Shown here piece by piece: positions 1 through 9,200 of a stretch of DNA of 64,000 nucleotides. A model generated the notes under the pieces. It ran no database searches, was not told where the DNA came from, and saw only the letters and a list, made by a program, of their open reading frames with translations. A program made the translations under genes and the position numbers. The number at the start of each line of letters is the position of its first letter. The stretch's first letter is position 1. This DNA is from Spirochaetia bacterium (GTDB lineage Bacteria > Spirochaetota > Spirochaetia > SZUA-6 > Bin103), in contig CBDATQ010000001.1 of NCBI GenBank assembly GCA_965199955.1, forward strand, positions 736,001 to 800,000. Direction: 5' to 3'.

Positions 1-741
1 GCGCTCACCTCGCTGCCGGCGATGGCGCAGGCGGAACGGATTCCGGCACAGGCCGCGCCGGCGCCGGCGCTGGTGGTGCTGCCGGAGATGGGCATCGTCG
101 CCTCCCACCGCCCGCTGCACGGCCACACGGTCAAGCTGCTGGTCATGGGCAATCGAGCGCGTGCCGGCCACACCCACGAGGACAAGGGCAGCTTCGTGCT
201 GGAGTTCGCGGGCCAGACCTTCGCTCTGGACCCGGGCACCTGCGATTACTCCAATCCGCTCGCCGGGCTCCTCAAGCACTGCGAGCGGCACTCCATGCTG
301 GTACCCGCCGGCACCGATGCGCGCCCGCACCCCGAGTGCCCGATCCCGGCCGACGTGAAGCCGCGAGCCGCAGGGGACGACCGGCGCTTCGCCGCCGAAA
401 TCGACCTGAGCCCCGGCTGGGAAGGCTGGTACCGGCACTGGCGGCGACGTTGGTCGTCGCCGGAGCCGGCGGTCCTCACGATCCGCGACGACTACGAGCT
501 TGCCGCCGGCACCGGCGTCGAGTGGTACTGGCAGACCGCGTTGCCGGTGACCGTGGACGGGCAGCAGATCGTGATCACCGGCCGGCGCGGTCGTATGCGG
601 CTCGAGGTGCCGCCGGCGGCGCGTATCCGAGTAGACGAGCTGCCGCTGCCGGACGGCGCCGTGCAGCGCCGCATCGTGCTGGCCATCGAAGGCACGTCCG
701 GCACCGTCGAGGTCACCGCTCACCTGGAGCAGTTTCCGTAG
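1..741 (+). CDS. Heparinase II/III-like protein, C-terminal part (5' end lies outside the window)
   Basis: Frame open from base 1. GHTHEDKGSFVLE...LDPG..DY...RHSML matches the heparinase II/III C-terminal H-x-H-x-D...DPG...H motif set. Confidence 0.7.
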   Translation, partial: ALTSLPAMAQAERIPAQAAPAPALVVLPEMGIVASHRPLHGHTVKLLVMGNRARAGHTHEDKGSFVLEFAGQTFALDPGTCDYSNPLAGLLKHCERHSMLVPAGTDARPHPECPIPADVKPRAAGDDRRFAAEIDLSPGWEGWYRHWRRRWSSPEPAVLTIRDDYELAAGTGVEWYWQTALPVTVDGQQIVITGRRGRMRLEVPPAARIRVDELPLPDGAVQRRIVLAIEGTSGTVEVTAHLEQFP

Positions 742-808
742 GCTGGCGCCGAACGTATCCGGTTCCGCCTTCGTGCAACACTCGATTGACGGGCTGGTGG
801 GGAACGAG

Positions 809-1013
809 GTGACCGAGTCGCTTCGGTATGGAGTCGTAGGTGTCGGCGACATGGGGCGCGAGCACCTGCGGAACATCACGGCAGTTCCCGGCGGCGAAGT
901 GGTGGCGGTCGCGGAACCCGCACGAGGCCTCGATCGACCAGGCCCTTCGAGTCGCTCCAGGTGCGCGCGTGTTTGCCGCGGTCGAGGATCTGATGGGATT
1001 CGCACGGAGGTGA
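809..1013 (+). pseudogene. Gfo/Idh/MocA oxidoreductase N-terminal remnant
   Basis: LRYGVVGVGDMGREHLRNITAVPGGEVVAVAEP is a Rossmann start. A frameshift near 920 continues HEASIDQALRVAPGARVFAAVEDL, then the gene stops; the rest is absent. Confidence 0.7.
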
Positions 1014-1084
1014 TGGAGATACTCGAGGACCGTGAGGAGGAAGCCGTCCGCTCCGCTTGAGATAGCGGTTCCAGCCAGACAGAG

Positions 1085-1110
1085 AGGGCGCGGCCTTGCG
1101 ACCGCGCCCT
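1085..1110 (-). terminator. GC-rich hairpin downstream of the solute-binding protein gene (probable terminator)
   Basis: AGGGCGCGG-N8-CCGCGCCCT inverted repeat 25 nt after the stop; only a weak pyrimidine tail (CTCTGTCT). Confidence 0.5.
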
Positions 1111-1134
1111 GCGTTTCGAGTCGACCTCGGAGTG

Positions 1135-2736
1135 CTACTGGAACTTGAGGTTGATCTCGTTCATGCGGTCCTGGACGATGCGGAGGTCGCCGCCTTCCTC
1201 CCAGCGCGCCATCCACTCGTCGAACGCGGACAGGTCCTTGGCGCCGGTGATCAGCTCGACGAACAGGACGTTCATCTGGCCGCTGATGTCCATCTTCCGC
1301 CACAGGTCATCCCCGTTCTCGTCCGTGATCGGGAAGAACCGGTTGGTGGGAACCCGCCGGATGCTCACGTCGGAGTAGATGCCGTCCGGGTTCTTGTGGA
1401 AATCGTCCAGCGCGTTGATGACGCCGGGGTGCTGCCAGTTCGCCGTGTGCGGCGTGTAGCTGTACAGCGCGCCCCAGAAGTAGCCGGCGCCGATCTGCTT
1501 GGCGGCGTCGATGCCGATGAACTCCGGCTTCCGCTCCGGGAATCCGAACTCGTTGATCTCCCAGTGCGTGCCCTCGATGCCCAGGTTGGTCAGCGTGTTG
1601 TACGCCTCGTCCGTGTTCATCTTGTCCATGATCTGCATGATGAGGTGCAGGTCGTCCGGTCGTGACTCCAGGTGCCGGCCGAAGCCGTAGGAGCCGCCGT
1701 GGAATGGGTTCCAGACGTAGCGCGCGGGCCGCACGTCGTCGAAGAAGCGCGGGAACGGTCCCATCTTGACCTGCGCCTCAGGCACCACCTTGCGGATCCA
1801 GTTGCCCTCCGTGCCGGGGCGGTCCAGCGAGTCGTCCCATGAGCCGTAGCCGATCCACTCCTTGACGATGGTCTCCCCATTGCGGAACAGGTTGACGTTG
1901 GTGCCGGAGTCGATGGTCGGGAACTCCGGATCGATGTAGCCCTTCTCGAACCAGTCGCGCGCCACCTCGTAGCCCAGCTTCATCTCCGGCTGGTTGAAGC
2001 CGTGCACGAGCACGCCGTCGCGTACGTTCCAGCGCCACTGCGCCCAGCCGGTGCCGTCGAAGATCATCGGGAAGCACTGCCAGGTCAGCCCCTTCGCGGG
2101 ACAGGAGTAGGGATAATCGTTCGGATTCGCCGACTTGTAGGCCGCGAAGACCGCCTCGATCTCTTCGAACGTGCCGGGCACGTCTTCAAAGCCCAGGCTC
2201 TCCAGCACGTCCAGGCGCCAGGCGATGCCGTGCGGGAACTGGCCGCCGAACCAGACGTTCGGGATCTGCACCAGCTTGCCGTCGCGGTGGAAGCGGTCCC
2301 AGGTGCCCTGCTCATTGAGGCCGACCACCTTCATCACGTCCACCAGCGCCTGGTAGATGCCCGGCATGTACTCCTGAACGTCCTCCAGCGTGAAGCGGGC
2401 CGTGCCCTGCTTCATGATCTCCTCGTTCCACCAGACCGGGAACACGTCCGGCATGTCGCCCGATGCCAGCAGCAGGTTGAGCTTCTCGGTCACCTCGCTG
2501 TCGGCGTCCACGCCTTCCGGCAGGATGGTAACCTTGCGGCCCAGGTCGCGCTCGATCCACTCCTCGACGGTGGTGAACACCTCGGTGCGCTCCTCGGGCA
2601 CCTGGCGCAGGCCGAACCAGCGGATCTCCAGCGGCGCGTCTGCCGCTCCCTCGCCTTCGCCGGTGCCGAGCGCCAGCGCCGCGCTGCCGAACAACAGCAG
2701 CGCGCCGAGTATGACGGTAAGCGATTTCCTCATCAC
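1135..2736 (-). CDS. Carbohydrate ABC transporter extracellular solute-binding protein
   Basis: Signal peptide MRKSLTVILGALLLFGSAALA; KLNLLLASGDMPDVF; WRLDVLESLG..VPGTFEE; FEKGYIDPEF; follows the permeases; GAGGAG RBS. Confidence 0.9.
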   Translation of the reverse strand: MMRKSLTVILGALLLFGSAALALGTGEGEGAADAPLEIRWFGLRQVPEERTEVFTTVEEWIERDLGRKVTILPEGVDADSEVTEKLNLLLASGDMPDVFPVWWNEEIMKQGTARFTLEDVQEYMPGIYQALVDVMKVVGLNEQGTWDRFHRDGKLVQIPNVWFGGQFPHGIAWRLDVLESLGFEDVPGTFEEIEAVFAAYKSANPNDYPYSCPAKGLTWQCFPMIFDGTGWAQWRWNVRDGVLVHGFNQPEMKLGYEVARDWFEKGYIDPEFPTIDSGTNVNLFRNGETIVKEWIGYGSWDDSLDRPGTEGNWIRKVVPEAQVKMGPFPRFFDDVRPARYVWNPFHGGSYGFGRHLESRPDDLHLIMQIMDKMNTDEAYNTLTNLGIEGTHWEINEFGFPERKPEFIGIDAAKQIGAGYFWGALYSYTPHTANWQHPGVINALDDFHKNPDGIYSDVSIRRVPTNRFFPITDENGDDLWRKMDISGQMNVLFVELITGAKDLSAFDEWMARWEEGGDLRIVQDRMNEINLKFQ

Positions 2737-2763
2737 TCACTCTCCTCGAAATAAAGTTGCCTG

Positions 2764-2794
2764 CCCTGCGACGCAGGGCTGCCCCGTGGGGCAT
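2764..2794. repeat. Two adjacent perfect palindromes between permease and binding-protein genes
   Basis: GCCCTGCG-A-CGCAGGGC immediately followed by TGCCCC-GT-GGGGCA. Confidence 0.6.
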
Positions 2795-2819
2795 CGACTT
2801 CCGTTGTGACCAGACGGGC

Positions 2820-3728
2820 TCATCCCTTCAGCGACCCCAGGATGATGCCCTTGACGAAGTACCGCTGCATGAAGGGGTACGTACAGAGTATCGGCACCGT
2901 CGACACCATCAGGATGGCGGCCTTGATGGTCTCCGGCGTGTACTGGCGCACCAGCTCCTCCTGGCGCTGGATCGCCTGCACGTCGGCTCCCAGGCCGGAG
3001 TAGGCGAAATTGCTCTCCAGCAGCACGCGCCGCAGCAGGATCTGCAGCACCTTGATCTTGGGACTGGTGATGTAGATGAGCGCGTCGAACCAGGAATTCC
3101 AGTGCAGGACCATCGTCCACAACGCCACGGTGGCGATGATCGGCATCGACAGCGGCACCACGATGCGCGCGAAGATGACCAGGTCGTTGGCGCCGTCGAT
3201 ACGGGCGCTCTCCTCCAACTCCTCGGGCAGCGCCATCAGGTAGTTGCGGGCGATGATCAGCGTGAACGGGTCGACCAGGATCGGCAGGATCAGCGACCAG
3301 ATCGAGTTGATCAGCCCCAGGGTTCGTACCAGGACGAAGAGGGGCACGATGCCGCCACTGAACAGCATCGTGATCAGCACGAAGATGGTCCAGAAGGTAC
3401 GCAACGGCAGGTAGCGCTTTGCCAGCGGATACCCCATCGACATGGTCGCCGCGACGGTGAACGCCGTCCCGAGCGCCGTGCGCAGGACGGTCCAGAAGTA
3501 GGCGTTGCCGATGGCCGGGGTCTGCAGGATGCGGCCATAGGAGGCCAGGCTCATGGCTCCCGGCCGTGGGAAGGCCTTGAAGCCGATCTTCATCGCCTCC
3601 TCGGCCGTGCTCAGCGACAGGGTGATCTGGCGCATGAAGGGGTACAGGATGGTGATGCAGAACAGCGCCATGAGGACGGCGTTGGTCGTGTCGAAGACCT
3701 TCTCGCCCAGCGGCTTCTGCAGCACCAT
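2820..3728 (-). CDS. Carbohydrate ABC transporter permease (MalG/LplC type)
   Basis: EAA loop LPEELEESARIDGA; HWNSWFDALIYI; C-terminus YPFMQRYFVKGIILGSLKG. Confidence 0.92.
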   Translation of the reverse strand: MVLQKPLGEKVFDTTNAVLMALFCITILYPFMRQITLSLSTAEEAMKIGFKAFPRPGAMSLASYGRILQTPAIGNAYFWTVLRTALGTAFTVAATMSMGYPLAKRYLPLRTFWTIFVLITMLFSGGIVPLFVLVRTLGLINSIWSLILPILVDPFTLIIARNYLMALPEELEESARIDGANDLVIFARIVVPLSMPIIATVALWTMVLHWNSWFDALIYITSPKIKVLQILLRRVLLESNFAYSGLGADVQAIQRQEELVRQYTPETIKAAILMVSTVPILCTYPFMQRYFVKGIILGSLKG

Positions 3729-3734
3729 CGCCGC

Positions 3735-4694
3735 CTACCAGAGGCCGTAGCCGGTGAAACGCCGCACGATCCGGTCGACGGCCAGCACGAGCACCAGGGC
3801 GATCACGTTCTTGGTCAGTCCCACGGCGGTGCCGAACTCGAACTCGAAGCCCTGCAGGCCGACGCGGTAGATGTAGGTGTCGATGATGTCGGCTGTCTCG
3901 TAGACCAGGGTGTTGTAGAGGTTGAAGATCTGGTCGAAGCCGGCGTTGAGGATCTGAGACATGCTCAGGATCAGCAGGATGGCGGTGACCGGCAGGATGC
4001 CGGGCAGGGTGATGGAGATCGCGCGCCGCCAGCGGCTCGCGCCGTCCACCACGGCCGCCTCGTAGAGCTCGGGATTGATGCTCGACATGGTGGCCAGGTA
4101 GATGATCGTGCCCCAGCCGACCTCCTTCCAGATGCCGGAGATGATCAGGATCGGGATGAACCAGGTCTGGCTGGTCAACAGCACCGTCGGCTCCATGTCG
4201 AGCAGGCGGACGATGAATCCGTAGATGCCGCGGCGCGACAGCAGCTCCGTGATCAGGCCGGCGACCACGACCCAGGACAGGAAGTGCGGCAGGTAGGAGA
4301 TGGTCTGCACCGTGCGCTTGAACTTGGTGTTGAAGATCTCGTTCAGCAGCAGCGCCAGGATGATCGGCATCGGGAAGCCGAAGATGATGCGCAGCGCGCT
4401 GATCTCGACCGTGTTCCAGAACACGCGGGCGACGTCCTGCCCCTCGAACAGGCGGCGGAAGTGCCTGAGTCCCGCCCAGGGGCTGAGCAGGATGCCCTGG
4501 TGGACGTCGTACTCCTTGAAGGCCAGCACGAGGCCGTAGATCGGGACGTATTTGAACACGACGAAGTAGGCGATGCCGGGCAGCATCAGCAGCATCAGGT
4601 AGCGGTGGCGGTACAGCTCCCGCATCAGGCTGGGCTTGCGATACTCGACAAGCTCGGCGGGGGCGGCTGCTGCTGCAGAAGGGCGATCGGCCAT
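3735..4694 (-). CDS. Carbohydrate ABC transporter permease (MalF/LplB type)
   Basis: YLPHFLSWVVVAG; WKEVGWGTIIYLA; INPELYEAAVVDGASRW. Start reassigned to ATG 4694 (MADRPS), since the longer track start overlaps the upstream gene. Confidence 0.9.
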   Translation of the reverse strand: MADRPSAAAAAPAELVEYRKPSLMRELYRHRYLMLLMLPGIAYFVVFKYVPIYGLVLAFKEYDVHQGILLSPWAGLRHFRRLFEGQDVARVFWNTVEISALRIIFGFPMPIILALLLNEIFNTKFKRTVQTISYLPHFLSWVVVAGLITELLSRRGIYGFIVRLLDMEPTVLLTSQTWFIPILIISGIWKEVGWGTIIYLATMSSINPELYEAAVVDGASRWRRAISITLPGILPVTAILLILSMSQILNAGFDQIFNLYNTLVYETADIIDTYIYRVGLQGFEFEFGTAVGLTKNVIALVLVLAVDRIVRRFTGYGLW

Positions 4695-4711
4695 GCGGAA
4701 ACCCCCTGATT

Positions 4712-5665
4712 CTAACCCTTCAGCGCCCCGATGAGGGCGCCCTTGACGAAATACTTCTGCATGAACGGGTAGGCGAGCAGGATCGGTATCGTCGTCACCA
4801 GCAGTATGGCGGCCTTGATGGTCTCCGGCGTGTATTCGCGCAGCAGCCGCTCCTGCGCCATCATCTGTGCCGCGGTCTCCGTGGTGCCGAGCCCGGCGTA
4901 GCTGAAGTCGCTCTCCAGGAGCACGCGGCGGAGCAACTGCTGCAGCACCTTGATGCGCGGATCGGTGATGTAGATCAGGGCGTCGAACCACGCGTTCCAG
5001 TGTTCGACGATGGTCCAGAGCGCCACCACCGCGAACACGGGCTTTGCCATCGGCATGACGATGCGGAAGAACACCAGCAGCTCGCCGGCGCCGTCGATGC
5101 GGGCGCTCTCCTCCAGGTCCTCCGGCAGGGTCAGCATGTAGCTGCGCATGACGATCAGGGCAAAGGCTGAAATCAGCCCGGGCAGCACCAGCGCCATCAG
5201 CGTGTTGATCAGCCCCAGGCTCCGCACCAGGAGGTAGGTGGGGATCAGCCCGCCGGAGAAGAACATGGTCGCGAACACGAATATGGTCCAGAAGCGGCGC
5301 ATCGGCAGATACCGCTTGGCAAGCGGGTAAGCCATCAGGCCGGTCACCAGCAGCGTGAGGGTGGTGCCGACGCCGGTTCGTGCGAGCGTCCAGAAGTAGG
5401 CGCGGGCGATGGAGTCGGTCTGGAAGATACGCTCGTACGAGGCTAGGGTGACCTTCTGGAAGTTGGGAATGATGTGGGCGCCGAACCTCAGCGCCTCTTC
5501 CGCGGTGCTGAGCGAGATGGTGATCTGGCGCATGAACGGCAGCAGGATGGACACCGACAGCAGGATCAGGAACAGGTGGTTGGCGACGTCGAAGATCCTG
5601 CCGCCGGCCCCGGTCGTGCGCAGGGCGGGGCTCCGCCCTTCGCTCTCAGGCATCCCGGCGAGCAT
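4712..5665 (-). CDS. Second MalG/LplC-type ABC permease (paralog of 2820-3728)
   Basis: LPEDLEESARIDGA; HWNAWFDALIYI; YPFMQKYFVKGALIGALKG. Confidence 0.92.
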   Translation of the reverse strand: MLAGMPESEGRSPALRTTGAGGRIFDVANHLFLILLSVSILLPFMRQITISLSTAEEALRFGAHIIPNFQKVTLASYERIFQTDSIARAYFWTLARTGVGTTLTLLVTGLMAYPLAKRYLPMRRFWTIFVFATMFFSGGLIPTYLLVRSLGLINTLMALVLPGLISAFALIVMRSYMLTLPEDLEESARIDGAGELLVFFRIVMPMAKPVFAVVALWTIVEHWNAWFDALIYITDPRIKVLQQLLRRVLLESDFSYAGLGTTETAAQMMAQERLLREYTPETIKAAILLVTTIPILLAYPFMQKYFVKGALIGALKG

Positions 5666-5701
5666 AGCCGATGCGACGATCTCTACCTACACTGAGCCGT
5701 C

Positions 5702-8002
5702 GTGACTCGCTTTTCCGTGTTACCCGGCGGCGATGCCCCGGACCGGTTCGAGACCGTTCAGCAGGCCCTGCAGGCCGTCCGCGAGCTGCCGCGGCCGTGG
5801 ACCGGCGACGTGGTGGTCGACCTGGAGCCGGCCGTGTACCGCCTGACGGAGCCGATCGAGATCGGCCCGGACGACGGCGGGCGCGACGGCCATGCCCTCA
5901 CCATCCGCACACGGCCGGGAGGCGGGCGGGCGGTGCTGGACGGCACCCACCTCATCGATGGCTGGCAGCCGTCCGGGCCCGGACGCTGGCGTGCGTCGGC
6001 TGCGGAGCGGCGTTTCGGCTCCCTGTTCATCGACGGTGCGCGCTGCGCGCAGGCGCGGTGGCCGGCCGACGGCTACGCCCGCGGGCTGGGATACGATCCG
6101 GACGCCTCGCGCCGTCGCATGCGCATCCCGACTGCCGACCTGCCCCCGATCGCCGATCCCAGCGCGTTGCAGGTCTTCGTGTGGCCGGGCGGCGACGGCG
6201 GAGAGTGGAACTGGTTCTCCGAGGTGGCGGCGGTCGAGGACCTGGACCGCGCGGGCGGCATGCTGACGCTTGCCGGCAACGGCCGCTACCCGCTGGGACC
6301 GGGTACGCGGTTCTTCCTGATGGGGGCCGTGGAGTTCCTGGAGCTGCCGGCCACGGGGCCGCGCTACGTCTTGGACCGCGGGACGGGTGAGGTGCTGCTG
6401 CACCTGGGCGGCGACATCGCGGACCGGGAGGTCAGCGCCGCGGCCGTGTCGGGCCTGGTGGTCGTGCGCGGCCTTGAGGACGGGCCTGCGGTCACTGACG
6501 TGCGCCTGGAGAATCTGGTGCTGCGCGGCTGCGATCGCCCGCCCGAAGGGCTGACCTCTCCGTCAGCGGCCGCGCGCGCCACGGGCGCCGTGCACATCGC
6601 GGACGCCGAGCGGGTCGCCATAGTCGGCTGCGAGATCACGGCCACCGGACTGCACGGCGTCCACATCGACGGCGCCAACCGCGACGTGACGGTGGCCGAC
6701 TGCTGGCTGCACGACATCGGCCATACCGGCGTCCAGGCCGACGCGCCCCCACTGACCCGGCGGTTCGCCAGCCGCGGCCACCGCATCGTCAACAACCTCA
6801 TCCATCACACCGGGCGGTGCGTCGGCCACGGCGCCGGCATTCAGCTCTTCTCCGCCGGGGAGTGCACGCTGGCCCACAACTGCGTCCACCACACGCCGCG
6901 CTACGCGGTCAGCATCAAGGGACCGCGGCCGGGCACGATCGTCGGCAGCCGCGTCGACGGCGTGACGGTTACCCGCGAGAACGCCCACGAGTTCATCCAC
7001 TCGCGCGCCAACGTGGTCGAGTACAACGACCTGTCGCACGCCAACACCGACTCGCAGGACACCGGCGTGTTCGAGTCGTGGGGGCCGGGGCTGGACAACG
7101 TGGTGCGCAACAACCGCGTGCGCGACAGCGAGATCCGCTTCTCCTTCGGCTTCGGGATCTACCTGGACGACGCCAGCAACCGCATGACGGTCGAGCGCAA
7201 CCTCGTGCACGGCCTGCAGCGCAGCCGCGCTGCGGCGCGCGGCGAGCTCGGCTTGCTGCGCCACCCCATCTACTCCAAGGGGATCGGCAACGTCTTCCGC
7301 GACAACGTCGTGGCCGATAACGGCGCCGCCGCCTGCTTCGGCAGCTTCGAGATGGCCGGCGAGCCCTGCCGTGACCTGACACTGGAGCGCAACGTCTTCG
7401 CCGACTGCGGACCGGCGGTCTACAGCTTCCAGAACTGGTCTGACGACCGCTTCGCCGCCGTGGACCGCAACCTGTTCTACGCCCCTGACGGCTCCTATCT
7501 CGTGGACGGCGTTCCGGGCGTCACCGACCTGGACGGATGGCGCTCGCACCCGGCCGGACACGACCGGGCGTCGCTGACAGCCGATCCGCGCTTCATGGAT
7601 GCCCGGCACGGCGACTTCCGGCTCAGGCACGACTCGCCGGCGTGGGCGCTGGGCATCGAGCCGCTCGACCTGGCGGCCATCGGCCTCCAGGCCGGGCACC
7701 CGTTCGCCGACCCGGACGATCCGGTCGCGGCGGTGATCGTGGCGGCCGAAGACGGCCGGCCATTCGCAAGGCTCTCCGTCGGCGAAACCGTGCGGTTCCA
7801 TCTGACCGTCCGCAGCGAACGCGGCTTCGTCCTCGATCCCGCGTCTCTGGACGTGTTCTGGAGCAGCCGCACGCCGCGCGTGGCGGCAGTGGACGTCGGC
7901 GGCGAGGTCACGGCCAACGCACCCGGCGTGTCGCGGATCATCGCGGCGGCCTGCCGCGGCGGCCGGATACTCTCGGGCGGCGTGGACGTCGTGGTGTCCT
8001 GA
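5702..8002 (+). CDS. Right-handed parallel beta-helix protein (GH141-like) with C-terminal Ig-like (Big_2) domain
   Basis: FETVQQA...YRLTEPIEIGPDDGG; ARWP; repeated N-x-(I/V)-H-H/D turns; GIYLDDAS; DPRFMD...DFRL; C-terminal WSS.TPRVAAVD..GEVTA..PG. Confidence 0.8.
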   Translation: MTRFSVLPGGDAPDRFETVQQALQAVRELPRPWTGDVVVDLEPAVYRLTEPIEIGPDDGGRDGHALTIRTRPGGGRAVLDGTHLIDGWQPSGPGRWRASAAERRFGSLFIDGARCAQARWPADGYARGLGYDPDASRRRMRIPTADLPPIADPSALQVFVWPGGDGGEWNWFSEVAAVEDLDRAGGMLTLAGNGRYPLGPGTRFFLMGAVEFLELPATGPRYVLDRGTGEVLLHLGGDIADREVSAAAVSGLVVVRGLEDGPAVTDVRLENLVLRGCDRPPEGLTSPSAAARATGAVHIADAERVAIVGCEITATGLHGVHIDGANRDVTVADCWLHDIGHTGVQADAPPLTRRFASRGHRIVNNLIHHTGRCVGHGAGIQLFSAGECTLAHNCVHHTPRYAVSIKGPRPGTIVGSRVDGVTVTRENAHEFIHSRANVVEYNDLSHANTDSQDTGVFESWGPGLDNVVRNNRVRDSEIRFSFGFGIYLDDASNRMTVERNLVHGLQRSRAAARGELGLLRHPIYSKGIGNVFRDNVVADNGAAACFGSFEMAGEPCRDLTLERNVFADCGPAVYSFQNWSDDRFAAVDRNLFYAPDGSYLVDGVPGVTDLDGWRSHPAGHDRASLTADPRFMDARHGDFRLRHDSPAWALGIEPLDLAAIGLQAGHPFADPDDPVAAVIVAAEDGRPFARLSVGETVRFHLTVRSERGFVLDPASLDVFWSSRTPRVAAVDVGGEVTANAPGVSRIIAAACRGGRILSGGVDVVVS

Positions 8003-8019
8003 TCCCCGGCACTGCTACG

Positions 8020-9177
8020 TCATGAGGTCGAGCGGTACCTCTCCAGCACGCGCCGCTCGGGCTCGAAGCCGATGCCCGGGGCCGTGGGGATGGTGAATGT
8101 CATGCCGGGGCCGACGGCCGGCGGAGTCAGGTTGAGCTCCTCGCGCAGCGGGTTCCAGGTGCGGTCCAGCTCCAGCAACGGCTCGCGCGGCAGGAGCGCC
8201 GGCGGGCAGGGGGCGATCATGGCCAGCACCTGCAGGGAGGCGGCGACGGCGATCCCCGTGCCCCAGACGTGGAGGATGCAGCGCACGTGAGCGGCGTCGG
8301 CCAGGTCGGCGATCTTCAGCGTCTCGGTGATGCCGCCGGCCGCGCAGCAGTCGGGCTGCACGATGTCGGCGGCTTCGTGGCGCAGCAGATCTGCGAAGCC
8401 CCAGCGCCCGAACTCCGCCTCACCGGTGGATATGGGAATCGGTGACTCGCGCCGGAAGCGGCCCAGGCCGCGCAGGTCTTCGGGGATCAGCGGCTCCTCG
8501 AACCAGTCGATGCCCGCCGGATGGATGCGGCGCGCCACCTCCAGAGCCGCCGCCCGGTCGTACGCGTGGTTGGCGTCCACCATGATCCGCACGTCCGGAC
8601 CCACGGCGTCGCGCACGGCGTTCACGACCGTGACGTCGTCGTCCATGCCGAAGCCGATCTTGAGCTTCAGGGCGGTGAAGCCCGCTTCCACGTAGCGCAG
8701 CGCTTCCTCCACCATCAAGGGTGCCTGGCCGGTGAGGCTGCCGGCGGCGCGCTTACGGTAGAAGCCGGTGGCGTAGGCGGCGACTTGGCGGCGGTAGGTG
8801 CGCCCCGCCAGCCGGTGGCACGGCACCCCGAAGTGCTTCCCGGCCAGGTCCCACAGTGCGATGTCCACGGCGCTGAGCGCCTCCAGCGCCGTCCCCTTGC
8901 GGCCGTGGTCGCGCATCGCGGTGTACAGCTCCAGCCACCGCGTCTCGCGGTCGAGGGCGTCGCGCCCCAGCAGCAGCGGGGCGTACACCTCGTCGATCAG
9001 CGCCGCGTTGGTGGCCGGGGGACCGAACGCCTCCCCGTAGCCGACGGTGCCGTCGGCGGTCTCGATCTCCACCACCAGGGCGCGGCGGCGCAGGAACCAG
9101 GCCTGCGAGTAGGCGAACACCTCGCCGTCCGGCAGGTCGATGCTCAGGATGGTCGGGCGCACGTGGGCGATCTTCAT
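8020..9177 (-). CDS. Mandelate racemase/muconate lactonizing (enolase superfamily) enzyme, D-galactarolactone cycloisomerase-like
   Basis: ALSAVDIALWDLAGK; KLKIG; MVDANHAY; WFEEP; GEAE; QPD. The N-terminus resembles Gci-type enzymes. Confidence 0.85.
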   Translation of the reverse strand: MKIAHVRPTILSIDLPDGEVFAYSQAWFLRRRALVVEIETADGTVGYGEAFGPPATNAALIDEVYAPLLLGRDALDRETRWLELYTAMRDHGRKGTALEALSAVDIALWDLAGKHFGVPCHRLAGRTYRRQVAAYATGFYRKRAAGSLTGQAPLMVEEALRYVEAGFTALKLKIGFGMDDDVTVVNAVRDAVGPDVRIMVDANHAYDRAAALEVARRIHPAGIDWFEEPLIPEDLRGLGRFRRESPIPISTGEAEFGRWGFADLLRHEAADIVQPDCCAAGGITETLKIADLADAAHVRCILHVWGTGIAVAASLQVLAMIAPCPPALLPREPLLELDRTWNPLREELNLTPPAVGPGMTFTIPTAPGIGFEPERRVLERYRSTS

Positions 9178-9200
9178 GCCCGGAGCATATAGTTAATGGC
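9178..9200. promoter_or_regulatory. Putative overlapping divergent -10 elements for leaderless mRNAs
   Basis: 23-bp spacer between divergent ATGs. TATAGT (9188-9193) lies 7 nt before the + ATG; TATGCT on the - strand (9184-9189) lies 6 nt before the - ATG; no SD. Confidence 0.55.

Noticed and set aside
2757..4709. Long antisense or alternate-frame ORFs (also 19974-21512, 22269-24254, 26821-28914, 47743-49452, 55423-57303 and others)
   Set aside because: Shadow ORFs of GC-rich genes; no motifs, and they overlap well-supported genes on the other strand.
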